Positions 61,646 to 63,025 of a DNA stretch of 63,025 nt are shown piece after piece (position 1 is the stretch's first letter; each line of letters opens with the position of its first letter). The DNA comes from Vicinamibacterales bacterium. Its GTDB lineage: Bacteria > Acidobacteriota > Vicinamibacteria > Vicinamibacterales > UBA2999. Under the pieces are notes generated by a model. That model did not search any database, had not been told where the DNA came from, and saw nothing but the letters and a program-made list of their open reading frames with translations. Location of the stretch: positions 1 to 63,025 of the forward strand of contig DASRPM010000098.1 in assembly GCA_035646375.1 (NCBI GenBank), written 5' to 3'. The translations under genes were made by a program, and so were the position numbers.

Positions 61646-61890
61646 CAGGGAACCTGCGTGCCGGTGGCGTCGTGATAGTGGCCGTGTGCCGGATCGAATA
61701 CGCGCACCGACGAGCTGCGGTCCGTCGTGAACGCGGCAAGGCCTGCTGCGACCGCGGCCAGCACGCCGATGCCGACGGCAACCATCAGAAAGCGCCCGCT
61801 GCGCGTCGATTCGGATGTGAGCCCATGGCAGCGCTTGAACTTCTTGCCGCTGCCGCAGGGGCACAGCTCGTTGCGTCCGATTTTGCTCAT
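61645..61890 (-). CDS. SEC-C-motif small membrane protein (81 aa)
   Basis: MSKIGRNELCPCGSGKKFKRCHG (SEC-C metal-binding motif), one TM helix (FLMVAVGIGVLAAVAAGLAAF), and a His-rich tail (PAHGHYHD). GGAGAAGG sits 4-5 nt upstream of the ATG. The stop overlaps the downstream start (TGATG). Confidence 0.7.
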   Translation of the reverse strand: MSKIGRNELCPCGSGKKFKRCHGLTSESTRSGRFLMVAVGIGVLAAVAAGLAAFTTDRSSSVRVFDPAHGHYHDATGTQVP

Positions 61891-61949
61891 GTCCTTCTCC
61901 TTACTCGCTACCGCCGTACGCGCCTCACTTGCCCGAGATTGTAGCGGCT

Positions 61950-63025
61950 TCAGCTCCGGGCGCGCACGCGGCTTGCGGCCCGGCGCAGGGCGCCCCACGG
62001 GCGCGGGCGGGGGCGTTCCGACCCGGGCACGAGGCGCAACGTGGCTGCGCTTGCCCCCAGAGGCGCGGCCTCATACCCGAGCTGCGTGGCGGCGGCCTGC
62101 ACCGAGGCCGCCTGCCCGGCGTCCTTGAGCATGACCAGGACGGATCGGGGCCGATGGCTGACGAACAGCTCGGCCGCGCCCCGCAGCACCTCGTCCGCCC
62201 CCGACCGGAGCGCGATCCGCAGGGCGTGAGGCGGCGGCAGCCGGTGGCGGCGCACCACGTCGTCGAGCGTCTCGGCGCATACCGGCTGCGTGTAGTGTTC
62301 GCCAGGTGCTTCTCGCCCGGGCCGCCACTCCCGCGCGCGCAGCGCGTGGTGATCGCCGCCAGCGGCGTGCGGATAGGTGAGCGCCCGCAATCCGGCGCGT
62401 GCGGCAAGCGCCAGCGGCAACGGGACCACCGTGCCCGAGCAGCCGTTGAGGATCACGTTGTCGCACAGCTCGTGGAACGCGGCAAAGCCAGGCTCGAACG
62501 CCACGGCCACGGCTCCGCGCTGCAGCGCCGCGGCCAGGCTGCAGGTGCCCACGCCGGCGCCGATGTCGTACACCACATCGCCAGGCGCGACGTCCGCGGC
62601 CAGCCACGCCGCGAGCGCCGGCGGCAGCGTCACCACGCCGTGGCGCGTGAGGCGGCGCGTGGCGGCGGTGGCATAGAGGCGTACGGCCCCCTCGCGCGTG
62701 CCGAGCGGCAACGTCGGCCTGGCGCTCTCGCCGCTGACGTGCGGCCCGGTGTCCTCCAACGGTTCGTCCGGTGGAGTCACCGGCACTGCTCGAAGGCGCG
62801 CGGGCGCTTCGGCGGAGCGCACGCCGGACAACGCCCCGGCGCGATCGACCAGCATCTGCGCGAGCGCCGGCGCCACCGGGCGGTCGCCGAGCGGCCGAAG
62901 GAACCCGGCGATGAATGTCCGGATCGATGCCGTCTCGGGCGGGGCGCTCAGCGCCGCCGCCAGCTGCGCCACATGGCTGCCGAGATCCGGCGCGTAGTGC
63001 ACGAAGCCGCCGTGCTCGCGCAGCA
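61950..63025 (-). CDS. FkbM-type SAM-dependent methyltransferase-like protein (N-terminus may run off the window)
   Basis: VVYDIGAGVGTCSLAAA (SAM motif I) ...AFEP...F..L..N. The ORF remains open to the window end upstream of the first Met (63002). Confidence 0.6.
   Translation of the reverse strand, partial: LREHGGFVHYAPDLGSHVAQLAAALSAPPETASIRTFIAGFLRPLGDRPVAPALAQMLVDRAGALSGVRSAEAPARLRAVPVTPPDEPLEDTGPHVSGESARPTLPLGTREGAVRLYATAATRRLTRHGVVTLPPALAAWLAADVAPGDVVYDIGAGVGTCSLAAALQRGAVAVAFEPGFAAFHELCDNVILNGCSGTVVPLPLALAARAGLRALTYPHAAGGDHHALRAREWRPGREAPGEHYTQPVCAETLDDVVRRHRLPPPHALRIALRSGADEVLRGAAELFVSHRPRSVLVMLKDAGQAASVQAAATQLGYEAAPLGASAATLRLVPGSERPRPRPWGALRRAASRVRARS

Overview
High-GC (roughly 70% by eye, not computed), gene-dense chromosomal core region of a diderm bacterium. 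I call about 62 CDS, many with 1-17 nt overlaps. I saw no rRNA, tRNA, CRISPR array, transposase or prophage gene. The gene content (futalosine-type menaquinone genes, HspR, LpxI, BamA/Skp) and the base composition fit an Acidobacteriota-like lineage, but that placement is inference only.

Left to right, the window holds:
- a partial alpha/beta hydrolase, a DUF3565 protein and PBP1A (minus strand)
- dnaK-dnaJ-hspR, a DnaC/DnaI-like AAA+ protein and hemW
- two tandem secreted paralogues and a small OM beta-barrel
- acyl-CoA dehydrogenase, meaB and a methylmalonyl-CoA epimerase::MBL fusion
- MTA phosphorylase and adenosine kinase, then an MFS transporter
- small membrane proteins, then ribH-nusB-lysS and lolCE-lolD
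- an orphan REC plus a 1481-aa hybrid sensor kinase, and a HIBADH-type reductase
- a Clp_N::ABM fusion followed by clpC
- bamA, an inserted lipoprotein gene, skp, a fabZ::lpxA fusion, lpxI and a Gfo/Idh/MocA oxidoreductase
- a futalosine-pathway menaquinone operon, then a TonB-like protein
- miaA-hfq-deoB-dgt, then yceD-rpmF-plsX-fabD-fabG-acpP-fabF
- etfB-etfA-ETF:QO and a DUF374 protein
- a PQQ-type sugar dehydrogenase, a SEC-C mini-protein and an FkbM-type methyltransferase (minus strand)

Most of this is ordinary housekeeping. I found no defence-island-like system. The points worth a second look are:
1. A family of heptad-periodic (GCCTYTR / complement) imperfect hairpin repeats sitting directly after stop codons at five or more loci.
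2. Three uninterrupted domain fusions: Clp_N::ABM beside clpC, FabZ::LpxA, and MCE::MBL.
3. A radical-SAM MqnC/E paralogue that has lost its CxxxCxxC cluster, inside the mqn operon.
4. A 166-nt highly structured element bounded by 26-nt inverted repeats.
5. A rearranged bamA/skp/lpx neighbourhood.
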